Of a stretch of DNA of 34,532 nt, positions 1 through 12,114 are shown one piece after another (within the stretch, counting starts at the first letter, position 1; every line of letters starts with the position of its first letter). The stretch is taken from positions 1 to 34,532 of the forward strand of contig JNEM01013560.1 of NCBI GenBank assembly GCA_000697335.1, in the 5' to 3' direction. The translations under genes were made by a program, and so were the position numbers. The notes below the pieces were generated by a model. That model was given only the letters and a program-made list of their open reading frames with translations, was not told where the DNA came from and did no database searches. The stretch is from Conidiobolus incongruus B7586. Its lineage: Eukaryota.

Positions 1-920
1 AGACAAATATAATATAGAATTTAAAAATATATAATTATTTATCTATTTTATATATATATTAACCTATAAAAATGAGTCATAAAATAAAAATCAATTATAT
101 ATTTACCTGTAATTTAAATAATTCTTGACTAAATTAATTTAAATAAAAATATATAATTATAGTATATTACCTGATTATAATAGGCTATATTTAATTATAT
201 TTAATATATTATTGATTAAAATATCAAATTTTAAATTTTAAATCAAATGAGTTATAAATTTGCAATTTTATAAATTAAAGGGGGATATAAAAAATTTTCC
301 TTAAAACTTAATTTTTTTATTAAACTATATATATATATCAATATTATTATTTTAAATTATTATTTTAAATAATATTAGTATTAAAATACCTAAATTCCTC
401 TTTAAAAAGATTTAATTGCAAATTAGTTAATTTTATAATAAAGATAAATAAACTCATAAGATTGCTGGAATTACTAGTATTAATTAATCTATTATAACTA
501 TGGTTATTAAAAATTATAATAAGGATATATTTAAATTTAAGCTTAAATATATTAAGATTATAAATGAATATGATGAAAGATATATTTATAGGTTAGTTAT
601 TATAAGTAAGTATAATATTACAATAGAAGTATAAAAAGAATTACAAGACTATATTAGAATATTAGTTAGTATTAATATTATTATATATATTTTATATTAT
701 AACAAGTATTATTTATATTTCAAAAAAAACACCATTACCTAAAAAAGTCTTATTATAAAGCTAGGCAAGACTTTAAATATTATTATTAGAGTTAAATCAA
801 AACTAATTAAAGTAAAGTTATTTAGTTTAATAAAACAAAATAATATTTTAATATATTTAATAAAAAAGTAAGATATTTTAAAAAAAACAAACAATTACTA
901 TATAATCATTATATTATTTT

Positions 921-1320
921 TATAAGTGTAATGGTAGTTAAACTAATATAGTGTAGAGGAAAACTTAATATAAAAGTAGTGTGGTGCAGAATATGGTAAT
1001 ATAATGTGGATGTAGTGTGCAAGTGTAAACAAAGTTTAATTAAGCTTCAAACTAGGATGAGTCACTGATATATTAAGATTTATATTAGGTAGTGCTAATA
1101 TCCTATAATATCAACAGAATATAGTCTCAATTTTAAAATTAGTGTAAAAGTAAAAAATAGTAAAAATTAAGAGGAAAAAAGAAGAACCTAGTTTATTAAA
1201 TAATTTAATGCTATTTATACAATTAATTTAACTATATAAGTATAAATTAATTATATAATTTATAGTTAATTAAATTATATGAAAGTATATATAAGAATTT
1301 AAAGAATTAGTCTCTTAATA
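921..1320 (-). repeat. 3' LTR of the chromovirus (400 bp)
   Basis: Ungapped alignment with 6236-6635 shows 25 mismatches in 400 nt (counted by eye). Confidence 0.96.
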
Positions 1321-1330
1321 CTCCCCTAGT
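1321..1330 (-). other. Polypurine tract (PPT) of the retrotransposon
   Basis: CTCCCCTAGT on + reads ACTAGGGGAG on the minus strand, directly abutting the 3' LTR. Confidence 0.7.
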
Positions 1331-4300
1331 AAGTTTTTTAAAAGATACACACTCTTTAAATTTTTACAAATAGGTATAATAGGTTAAGGTATTCTTAATA
1401 TTTTCTAGGGGTTCTTATATAGCTTCTTTAATAGGATAACTTATCTATTTTATATAAAAATAAAGCTTATTCCTAATAGATTTAAACTTAATTATATAAT
1501 TAATATAGTATTCTTTTTCTTTATCTTGATTAATAATTAGATCTAGTTTTGGAGTTTTTAATCAATTAGGAAAAATGTTAAAATCTCTAAAATATAGTTT
1601 AATTTTAGATATGTGAAAGGTAGGGTAAATCCTCAAAGTTAAAAATAATTCCAAGGTAATATTTTTAAAATTTAAATCAATAGATTAAATTTTATAGGGA
1701 CTATAATATAATAGTAAGTATTTAGAATTTAAGCTAGATTTAAGTAGGGTAGGTTTAAAAACAAATTGTTCTAAATATACAAACATACTAATTTTATATT
1801 TAAGAGGGTTTCTAGATAACTTTAAGTATTATTATTTTAAAATCCTTTAATTTTCTTCTAAGTTAAATTTAACAAGGGAATTAATATGTTTGATATTAGA
1901 TTAAAATTCAACAATATCTAAAGGTAAATTAATTTAAAGTTTTAGAGTAATTATTAAGTTAGGATATTTACTATAATTAATGAAATAAAGGTTAAAACCT
2001 GTTGATTTATTGATAAAGGTGTTAAATAAATATTAGAGTTGGTAGATATAAGTATCCTAATTTAACTAATTAGTGTTAATATAAGTTTTAATCATTTGCT
2101 TTAAGGTTTTAATAATTCTTTCAATAAGTTTATTAATTTAGTAATGATTAGTAGTAGATATATCTAAGTTAATTTTAAAGGAAGAGGATAGTAACTTCTA
2201 AAATTAAAAGTTAAATTATACATCTCTATCAAATATAATAGTTTGTAGAATTTTATAGTAGGTAAAGATATTAAAGAATAACAATTATACAATATCTTTA
2301 GCTGTAGAAGTTTTGAAACAAGGAATAAAATAAACATATTTGGAAAATGAATCAATTACAATCAGTAAGTTATTATAACTATTTGTTGATTTAGGGATTT
2401 CTATGAAATCAAGCTGGATTTATTATTAAGTTTTATTAAGGACTTATAGGGGAATAAGTTTATTATATTTTAGTTAAGTATTATATTTAGTTCTTTAGCA
2501 TATATTATAGGTATTAGTGTATTTCTAAACTAATTTAACTAGGGAAGGTTAGTAGTACTTTATTTTAATTCTCTCAGCAGTTTTTAACTAGTTTTAATGT
2601 TTTCTAATAGGTAAGTTATAGTATTTATTAAATATTGTTTGTTAAATCTTAAGAATGTTAGGAATATATAAACAATTATTATAGTATAGTAAGTTATTGA
2701 TAATTTTAAATCTTTTAACATATTTTAATTAGTTTTTTAATAGTTTAAAAAGTTCTTCTTTAACTAAAATAAAAAAATCATTATTTAATGGTGTTTCTTA
2801 AAATAGTTTAATAAATTCTTTATTTCCTTTATTAATAATCATTAAGTTAATATTTGCTAGATTTTTACAATTAGAATAAAAAGGTAAATATATAAAATTT
2901 TTTAACAAAGTATCTACAACATAATTTTATTAACCTAAAAGATATTAAATAAAGAAAAGGTAAGCTTAGATAGTTTTAATCTATTTAACTTATCTTCTTG
3001 ATAAATGCTTCTAAGTATTTAAGTAGATAAGTGATTTATGATTTATAAGTGTTAAAAAAAATTGTAGAATAAGAAATGTGAGTGATTTTTGATTATTTCT
3101 ACTAAAGCAAAGAGTTTTTATTTATAAACTAGGTATTTTAATTCAGCTGGTTTTATTTTTCTTAACCAGAATATTATTGGTTTTAAAGTAACATTGGTAA
3201 AGTTAAACTCAACTTATTCTCTTTTATTTATTATTTTATCTTATAGTTATAAGGTAAAATATTAATTAATTTTAAACTAAGCTAACTATTTACTAATTGT
3301 AAAAAAACTAGAGTTAGTAAAAATAATAGTAGGTAGTTTTAAATTAAAGATAAATAAAGTAAAAACATTAGTAATATAGAAAATCAAAACATTTATGTAG
3401 AAAGTGTATAGTGGGGTTTATTTAAAAAGAGAGTTTTTCTTCAAGAGATTAATAAAAAAAGTAGTAAATTCAACAAAAGAATCAATGAAATCTTTAAAGT
3501 AATTTAATAATTTAAGTACAAACATAAATTGATTTTTGTTTATAAGTATAATAAAAGCTTTAACACCATTGAGTTTAGTTAGATCAATATTAATTCTTTA
3601 AGAGGAAACAATATAACTATAGAAAAAGATAGAAGAGGTATTAAAGATGTATTTTAATTATTTTAAAGGTAATTTATATTCTTAAATAATTTATAAAATT
3701 TAATTAACATATTAAATATATTCTTCTTTAGTTTTTAAATAAATTAGGATATTATTAAGGTATATAATAATAAAGTTATTAAAAACAAGGTTAAAAAAGG
3801 AATTGATAAATTAAGTAAAAGTTATAAAGGTATTATATAATCTAAAGTTTATAACAGTAAATTTATAGTAACTTAAAAGAGTGTTGAAAATAGTTAAAGG
3901 GATAGAATTTTCTTCAACTTTAATGTTATAATATCTATTCTTAACATCTAGTTTGGTAAATATAATTGATTTAAGTAGTTTATCCTTAATATCATGTAGG
4001 TTTAATAATAAAGTTTTATCCTTGATAGTTTTAGAGTTTAAAACATAATTATCAATATATAGTTTTTAACCACCATTAGCTTTTTTTATAAAGAGGATTA
4101 AAAATCTTTATGGTAAAGAAAAAGGTCTAATATACCTATTTTTAAGTAGTTTTTGGATTTCTTCTTTTAAAGTTTAATATTATTCAGGAGATAAATGGTA
4201 AATAAACTTTAAGTATAGTTGTGTACCAAAGAGTAGTTTAATTTTATGTTTAATATTGTGTTTAAGAGGTAATCTATTTATAAATTCAAAAACATTAGCA

Positions 4301-6069
4301 AATTAACTAATTGTATTATATAGGAAGTGGTTATTAAATATAACTTTATTGAAATCAACAGATAAAGTACTAATAAATAAATAATAAACAAATATATATC
4401 TTTATAAATTATTAGGGTTTTTAATTAGTTTTTTATATTAGTTTTTGCTTATAATAATAAAATTATTTACTATAATTATAGAGTTAGTGTTAGGTATAAT
4501 ATTTAATAGTTTTATAATAAGGTAATGTAGGTTTTTTAAGATTAATTCTACTAATTTTTTTGGAATGTGAAAAAAATAAATTTGTAGCTTTCTAGGGTAA
4601 TATTCATAGATATAAAACTATAATATTTAAATTAATTTTAACCTAGTATAAAATTATAACTAATGTTACCAACTAGGAATTTAATATATTAGGAGTAGTT
4701 AAAGGGTAATGATAAGTATTTAAATATAGTACCAGATGTTTATTCTATTAAGTTGTTAATATATTTAATTATCAAGTTACTTTTTTAAATAGGTAAAGAT
4801 AACTTTATAACAATAAAAAAAGAAATAATATAACTAAAACAACTAAAATTAATTAAAACACTAACAAGTATGTTTATAAAAAAACTAATTAACACAAACA
4901 ATAGGGTGATAGTTAAAGGTAAAAAATTATAAGGTAGATTAGTTATTAGAATATTTCTAGTTTTTAATAGTTTAATTAGTTATATTTCTCTAGTATATAT
5001 ATTTTAATTTATAGAATCAATAGTTTATTAGAACTTTTGTGGATTAGATTAGAATCTGCTAACTAATTATAAAAGGGGTGATTCTAAGGTTATATTAATA
5101 TTATTCAAGTTTGATTTATGGTTGGTAAGTTAGGATAGTTGAGAATTAAATAGATGTTGCTTTTTTAAAGGGTATTTATTAGCTCTATAGTTAACTTAAG
5201 TTTTTTAGCAGTAATAACAACCTTTGTTTATTTTTAAATAGGTTTTAACTTCTTTACTAAAGGTTTTCTTATAAAACCTTAAAATAAAAACATTTATCAT
5301 TTGAAACTTAAGTGGGTTAAAGTAAAGTTTAAAAGATTAATTTTTAAGGTGGGAAGATTTAGTTATAGAGTAAAGGATATTATAAATTATAATTGCTGTA
5401 TCACAAATGTTAAAAAAAACATATTATCAAAATATTCCCTACTAATTAACTAAAACTTCACTTGAAGGTTAAAGTATTATAATAGTTTGTGGATTTATTC
5501 TTCTTCAGTGATATTTAATATATTTAAGCATATCTCATTAAATTTCTCAATTAATTATTTTATAGAAGTTTTTTATTTAAGTTAAGAAAGCTTTTCACTT
5601 GTTAATTAAATTTAATCTTTTAAATAATACCTCTCTTTAAAAGCTTTTTCTAATTGTTTAAAAGTTTGTATTTTTATAGTAAGTTATCCTCCTGAAGATT
5701 TTTTAGGATTAAACTTATAATGAGTTAACTATTAAATATAAACAAATTTTTCTAAAAAAGAAGTGGTTAATTTAAGGATATTTTTTGGATCTTTATCTAA
5801 AATTAAATTAAGATAATTCTTTATATTTTTAAGATAGTTTTTAAACTTATAAAAGTTTTTAAAACTATCATAAGTAGTTAATTTGTTTTTAAAGACACTA
5901 AAAAAGTAGTTTAATATATTAACTATAGTGAAGTAACTAGTTTATTGGATTTAAACTCTTTAAGATATATTTTTTTCAATCAGAAATTATCTAATATAAG
6001 TTTCTTAGAGGTTAGTAAGCTTTTAAAAACTAAAGTTTTAGATTCACTTAGTAATTAAGCTATTATCAT
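1326..6069 (-). pseudogene. gag-pol pseudogene (boundaries approximate)
   Basis: Minus-strand translations: zinc knuckle GCYYC*KT*VNYRANKYP (~5170-5225); protease VLINFS = ALIDSG-like (~4840-4860); RT FTVINFRLYN = MxFGL and IYLNNILIY = YLDD (YLNN at 3751-3762); RNase H TNVF = TDAS (~3362-3373) and INHKSL = TDHKSL (~3030-3045); integrase IQLDFIE (~2400-2420); YSPYK = GPY/F (~1690-1705); IYPTFHI (~1610-1630); chromodomain EYYINYIIKFKSIRNKLYFYIK*ISYPIKEAI*EPLENI (~1397-1513). Many in-frame stops. Confidence 0.93.
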
Positions 6070-6226
6070 TATTAAAATAATATAAGGGTATCTTCTTTTT
6101 TAGTAGTATTATAGTATATAGTGTTAAATTTAAATGAAATAAATTATAGATAAAATTTAAAATAGCAATAATTAAGTTTAATACAGATAGTTATTAATTT
6201 CTAGTAGGTTTTTAATAGTTTTCTTA

Positions 6227-6235
6227 CTGTTATTA
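6227..6235 (-). other. Putative mutated primer-binding site
   Basis: TAATAACAG follows the 5' LTR on the minus strand. Three A->G reversions give TGGTAGCAG, complementary to a ...CUGCUACCA tRNA 3' end (initiator-Met type). Confidence 0.45.
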
Positions 6236-6635
6236 TATAAGCATAGTGGTAGTTAAACTAATATAATATAGAGGAAAACTTAATATAAAAGTAGTGTGGT
6301 GTAGAATATAGTAATATAATATAGTTATAGTGTGCAAGTGTAAACAAAGTTTAATTAAACTTGAAATTAAGATGAGTCACTGATATATTAAGATTTATAT
6401 TAGGTAGTGTTAATATCCTATAATATCAACAGAATATAGTCTCAATTTTAGAATTAGTGTAAAAGTAAAAAATAGTAAAAATTAAGAGGAAAAAAGAGGA
6501 ACCTAGTTTATTAAATAATTTAATGCTATTTATACAATTAATTTAATTATATAAGTATAAATTAATCATATAATTTATAGTTAATTGGATTATATGAAAG
6601 TATATATAAGAAATTAAAGAACTAGTCTCTTAACA
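6236..6635 (-). repeat. 5' LTR of the chromovirus (400 bp)
   Basis: Direct repeat of 921-1320. Ends ...CTCTTAACA on + (TGTTAAGAG on minus) and is followed by TSD ATTTT. Confidence 0.96.
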
Positions 6636-7352
6636 ATTTTAACCTAAAAATATAATAATAAATTAATTATAGTTTATAGATATATATTATCTTTTAATAT
6701 AAGATATTTTTATAAAATTAATAAGGGAATTAATATTATGATATATTAAAATATTTTAGAAAATAAAATAATAAAAACTATTGAATAATATAGGTTAAAT
6801 AAATCAGATGTTATATTTTAACAAAATAATACCATTTGTTATATTGCTATTTTTACTAACAAATGATTTAAAAATAATACATTAATAATAATAAAATGGT
6901 TTTCTTAATCTTTTAATCTTAATCTAATTAAACATCTTTAAGATTAGTTAAAAATAATAGTTTAAGCTTACTTATTAGCAAAAAATTTAAATAAGCTTTA
7001 GGAATATATTTAAAAAGCTTAAAATAAAATTAATACATTTTAATATTAAAAGTTAATTAACTTTATACTTTATAAATTTAAGAAAGTTAAAAAAACAAAA
7101 GATAAATATAATAAGTTTTAATTTTCTTTTTATAACCAAAATACACAAATTCATAACTTATTTTAAATAAAATTTAAATTTTAATATATTAACAAGAAAT
7201 TAATATAATTTAACCAAATATATTTAATTATAAATAAATAATATAGGTTTATTATATATTCTAATTTGAATTGATTTAATTAATAATTAAAAAGTTATTG
7301 ATAAAAATATATATAATCATAATTTTATAACTCACTTTTGCAATCTAATGTA

Positions 7353-7429
7353 TTTATTTTTTTGAAATAGTTTATATCTTTATAAAGTAAAAAATTAAAA
7401 AATTTCCTATTATTTTAAATTCAAGATAA
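7353..7429 (-). mobile_element. Terminal remnant of a mariner-like element whose continuation is 1-54 (split by Tc1 copy A)
   Basis: Joining 1-56 to 7353-7431 gives a sequence colinear with the mariner terminus at ~33065-33202, including AAAAATTTCCTATTATT...GATAA|TA. Confidence 0.65.
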
Positions 7430-8043
7430 TATTAAATATTGTAAATAAAATAAAATTATACTAATAATATTAATTATATTATTAATATATATTATAATCT
7501 AAGAAAATATATTAATATGTATTTTTAATTTAAATTAAATAATATATAATAATAACTATTTATAATTTCAAATATTTGAAATATAGTTTTTAAATATTTT
7601 TATATATCTATCATATTGATGACTATTACTTGATAATTATAAATTTTTTAAAATTAAGTTTTAATTTATTTTATTTATTTATTACCTGAAATTAAAAATT
7701 TAAAAATTAAAAATCTTTGATATTATAAGTATAAAATTAGTTTTAAATTAATTCAAAATATAGGAAATAAATAGTTTTAAGTTATATATATAATATTTTT
7801 TCATTTATGAATTAATTTTATGAAATTTTTGATTTAATTTTAATTATATTTAAATTACATAATAATTATCATAAGCCTTTTATTTTTTATTTAAAAAACT
7901 TAATTATGAATTTATAAAATTATTTAAAATTTTTAAGCAATTTTTGAATTTAAGATATTACATATATTAATTATTTATTAATAACTAAATTAATTTAATA
8001 TTAAAAAAGAAATTAGTTATAATTTTTCAAAATTCAAAAACTA

Positions 8044-9334
8044 TTACCATAAAATCAAAAAAATGGGAAATTTTTTAATTTCTAATTTTTCAAATATATT
8101 ATTAGTTTTAAATAAAAAAATATATACAAAACAAAAAAGAAGATGAATAAATTTGAATTATGTATATATATATATATATAATTTTTTTGATTAAAAAAAT
8201 ATTCTTTAAAATTGATAGTTTAATTTAATTATATTAAAACTAAATAGTTATTATCAATAGTCTTTTATTTTAGTATTAATAAAACTTAATCATAAACTCT
8301 CTAAAATCATTTAAAATTTATAAGCAACTTTTAATAATAAGTTATAATTTAAATCAATAATTTATTACTAAGTAAATCATTTTAAGTTTAATATGAAATT
8401 ATCCAAAACTTATTAAAATTTAAAAGATTAATTTCAACTATCACTTTTTTAATTATTAATAAAATAACAAATTATATTCAAAAAAAACCTTTTATATTTT
8501 AATTAAAGAGTTATCAAAATATTTTAATATTAGTCATATAAATATTCTATATATATTAAAAGTTAAATTAAAATTAGTTAATAAAAATATAAAATATCTT
8601 ATAATTTAACTAATACTTAAAAAAGCTAGAGTAGTTATTATTAAACAAAACTTAGTAAGTTATAGCTAGAAACAAAAGATTTTACAATAAATTATTATAA
8701 TTGATAAATCTTAGATTTTTTTATATAATTTTTTATTAAAATATAAATTAAAGTTTTAGATTAAGTTAAATCAACCTTTTTTACAAATTCTTTTCAATAA
8801 ACACTTTATTGATAATTAAATGTTAATTGTTATAATAGGTTATAATAATATATGTTATTCTTATTTAGCTCTTAAAGGAAAATCAATTAATAATAAACTT
8901 TATATTTTTTTAAATAAAGCTATTATCAATTAATATTCTCAATATAATTTGAGAAAACCTATTATTTTGAATGATAATTATAAAATACATAAATTTAAAA
9001 TTTTACAGAACTTTCTAATTAAAAATAAGTGGAAAAAACTACTATATTTAATATCTTCCCTAAATTATAATTGTTTTAGGCAGTTAAAAAATAGCTTGTA
9101 GGAAAGAAAATTTCTATAAAAAAGTTTAATTAGTTTGTGATATATCAAATTTTAGTTTTTAATAAAAAGAATTATTTTTTGAGTATTAGATCTTTATTAT
9201 AAGTATTACAAAAAGTTATTAAAAATTAAACAAATTATGAATTTTATATTATATAGTTAATTTTATTTTTTATATATTAAAATATTTATTTTTTTCAATT
9301 GCAAAAAATTCCTATTATTTAAATTACAAAATAA
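8044..9334 (+). mobile_element. Mariner-like DNA transposon (~1.3 kb), degenerate
   Basis: ~30-bp imperfect TIRs: TA|TTACCATAAAATCAAAAAAATGGGAAATTT and, inverted, TA|TTATTTTGTAATTTAAATAATAGGAATTT. Decayed motifs ISYNLT (WVPHEL-like, ~8595), LQ*IIIIDKS*I (RIVTGDEKW-like, ~8682-8717) and PIILNDN (LHDNA-like, D at 8973). Confidence 0.82.
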
Positions 9335-9350
9335 TATCATTTTTTATATA

Positions 9351-10914
9351 CACTAGCCTGTAAAAGTAAGTTATAAAATAAAAATCACTTATATATTTAC
9401 CTGTAACTTAAATAATTCTTAACTAGATTAATTTAAATTAAAGTATATTACCTGATTATAATAGGTTATATTTAATTATATTTAATATACTATTGGTTAA
9501 TATATCAAATCTTAAATTTTAAATAGGGTGAGTCATAAATTTATAGGTTTAAGAGTTAAAAGGGAATATAAAACAAAAATTACTTAAATCTTTTTTTCTT
9601 TTATTTAATTATATATATATATACTAATATTATTATTGTAAATTATTATTTTAAATAATATTAGTATTAAAATACCTAAATCCCTTTTTAAAAAATTTAC
9701 TTATATATTAATCAACTCTATAGTAAAGGTAAATCAACTTGTAAGATTACTGGAATTACTAGTGTTAGTTAGTTTACTATAGCTAAAGCTATTAAAAATT
9801 ATAATAAGAATATATCTAAACTTAAACTTAAGTGTGTTAAGATTATAGATAAATATGATGAAAGGTATATTTATAGGTTAGTTAATATAAGTAAGTGTAA
9901 TATTACTATAAAAGTATAGAAAAAATTATAAGACTATATAAGAATATTAGTTAGTATAAATATTATTATATTTTTATATTGTAATAGATACCACTTATAC
10001 CTTAAGAAAAAACACCCACAACTAAAAAAATCTTATTATAAAGCTAGGTAGGAGTTTAAATATCACCACTAAAGTTAAACTAAAACTAATTAGAGTAAAG
10101 TTATTTAGTTTAATGAAACAAAAATATATTTTAGTAAATCTAATAAAAAAGTTAGATGTTTTAAAAAAGACTAAGAATTATTTTATAACCATTATGTTAT
10201 TTTAACCTAAAAGTATAATAATGGGTTAATTATAGTTTAAGGATATATGTTATCTTCTAGTATAAGATATTTTTATAAAGTTAATAGGGGAATTAATATT
10301 GAGATATATTAAAATATTTTAAATAATAAATTAAAAAAAACTATTGAATAGTATAGGTTAAATAAATCAGATATTATTTTTTAATAAGATAATGCTTTTT
10401 TCTATACTATTATTTCTACTACCAAATAATTTAAAAATAATAAATTAATAGTTATAAAATAGCTTCCTCAATCCCCTAACTTTAATTTAATTAAATATCT
10501 TTAAGATCAGTTAAAAAAAGTAATTAAAGTTTTCCCATCAATAAAAAATTTAAATAAGCTTTAAAAATATATTTAAGAAGCTTAAAACAAAATTAATCCT
10601 TTTTAATATAAGAAGTTAGTTGACTCTATACCTTATAGACTTAAGAAAGTTAAAAAAGCAAAAGATAGATATACTAAGTTTTAATTTTCTTTCTATAACT
10701 AAAACACCCAAATTTATTACTTACCTTAGGTAAAATTTAAACTTTAATATATCAACTAAAAGTTAATATAATTGGATCAAATATACTTAATTATAAATAA
10801 AATATATAAGTTTATTATATGTTTTAATTTAAATTAATTTGATTAAGAATTAACAAAGTTATTGATAATAATATATATAATTATAATTTTATAACTTATT
10901 TTTATTGACTAGTG
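9351..10914 (+). mobile_element. Tc1-like (DD34E) DNA transposon, copy B, 1564 bp, degenerate
   Basis: TA TSDs at 9349-9350 and 10915-10916; ends CACTAG...CTAGTG. Motifs VI*FNETKI (VIWSDETKI), F**DNA (FQQDNA, D at 10388) and *LPQSPNFNLIKYL* (WPPQSPDLNPIEHLW, E position at 10493). The D-to-E distance of 35 codons gives DD34E. Confidence 0.95.
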
Positions 10915-12114
10915 TATAATGATAATTGATTATTAGATTATATTTTTATTATTTAATTCAAAACTATAGTTATATATAAAAATAAGATTTATAGGCAAAT
11001 AATCATTTGTAACTTGTTAAGATATATAAAATACTTAAAAAAATTTATTATATTTTAAAATTTAATAAAATAACCAAGCATTATTATAACATGAATATTA
11101 TTTTATAATATATTGGAAATTGGACTATTAAAATAAATAATAAATCAAGGAAATTATGAATCTTTATTAAAATTTCATTATTATAAGACAAGGCATATTT
11201 TGGGTTAAAATTTAATCAACTTTAGTTGAATCTTTCAAGCTATAATTCATTCAAAACAAAATGGATTTTATTAGTGATACAGAATAAATTTTTTGCTTTT
11301 TATATATTATTTTCTGATTTCAAATTAAGCAATAAATATAACAAGTTATTTTTACACAAATGTATTTCAAAATATTCTTTTTTAATATAAATTTACAATA
11401 AAATCTATTCAATAATATCATTTTCATAAGCTTAATATGATTAATAATCTACCAGTTAAAAGATAGAATTCAAGTTTCCTTTATTAGGTGTATTCTCTTG
11501 ATAATAATTCTTGTGATTATAGTTCTTTTGGGATCTTAATAATCAAGCTAATATGTCATTAATTTTCAAATTTATCTTAATTAAATTATAAATTATATAT
11601 AATTCAAATTCTTAATTAAAAAGATTATATAAGGTTAGGTATTTTTCAAAATATAAGCTAACAAAATATAAAACAATTGGGACTACAAGTGATATTATAT
11701 ATTTCATTCCATTATATCTAAAAATATTATTTATAGTAAAAGTGCAAAAAATAATTAATTAATAATGATCAACTTAATTTATATTATTATTGCTATTATA
11801 TCAAAATTATCAAATTGAGATTACTTTAATTATAGTTTTATCCTTAAAATATTTGGATAACCAGAATGAAAAATTATACTATATTCAACCTGGATTATTC
11901 TAATCATAATGCAAATATAACTTGTATATTTTATTAATAAAAAAAAATAAACTATTCTCTATTTTGTATAAGGTAAAAATTCAATATAGTTATTACAATA
12001 TAAAGATATTACCATATATTAAATAGTTTTTAAATCAATTCTTTTTATTTTATATTATTAAAAATAAAAAAAAATAAAAATAATAAAATTGAATTAGGAT
12101 TAATAATTGATATA

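Larger units (their letters stand above)
921..6635 (-). mobile_element. Full-length Ty3/Gypsy LTR retrotransposon (chromovirus), inactivated by transitions
   Basis: Two 400-bp direct repeats (921-1320, 6236-6635). 5-bp TSD ATTTT at 916-920 and 6636-6640. Minus-strand 5' LTR starts with TG. Minus-strand order of decayed domains is gag CCHC, protease, RT, RNase H, integrase, GPY/F, chromodomain. Confidence 0.96.
57..7350 (+). mobile_element. Tc1-like (DD34E) DNA transposon, copy A, degenerate, interrupted at 921-6635 by an LTR retrotransposon
   Basis: Left end TA|TATTAACCTATAAAAATGAGTCATAAAAT (55-85) differs from the family TIR TA|CACTAGCCTGCAAAAGTGAGTCATAAAAT only by C->T/G->A. Right end is CTCACTTTTGCAATCTAATG|TA (7331-7352). 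Segments 57-920 and 6641-7350 align colinearly with copy B (9351-10914). Confidence 0.92.

Noticed and set aside
2164..2355. 63-aa ORF on the minus strand
   Set aside because: Chance open stretch within the decayed integrase region of the retrotransposon, not an independent gene.
7432..8041. Possible further mariner fragment (YLSY...NYKFF resembling HPPY...DYxLF near 7604-7650)
   Set aside because: Too decayed and AT-rich to support by eye; no ends found.
1326..10914. Alternative genetic code or stop readthrough explaining in-frame TAA/TAG in the transposon ORFs
   Set aside because: Stops replace Trp, Gln and Arg indiscriminately and come with D->N, G->S and P->L changes. Intact genes in the window end normally in TAA or TGA.
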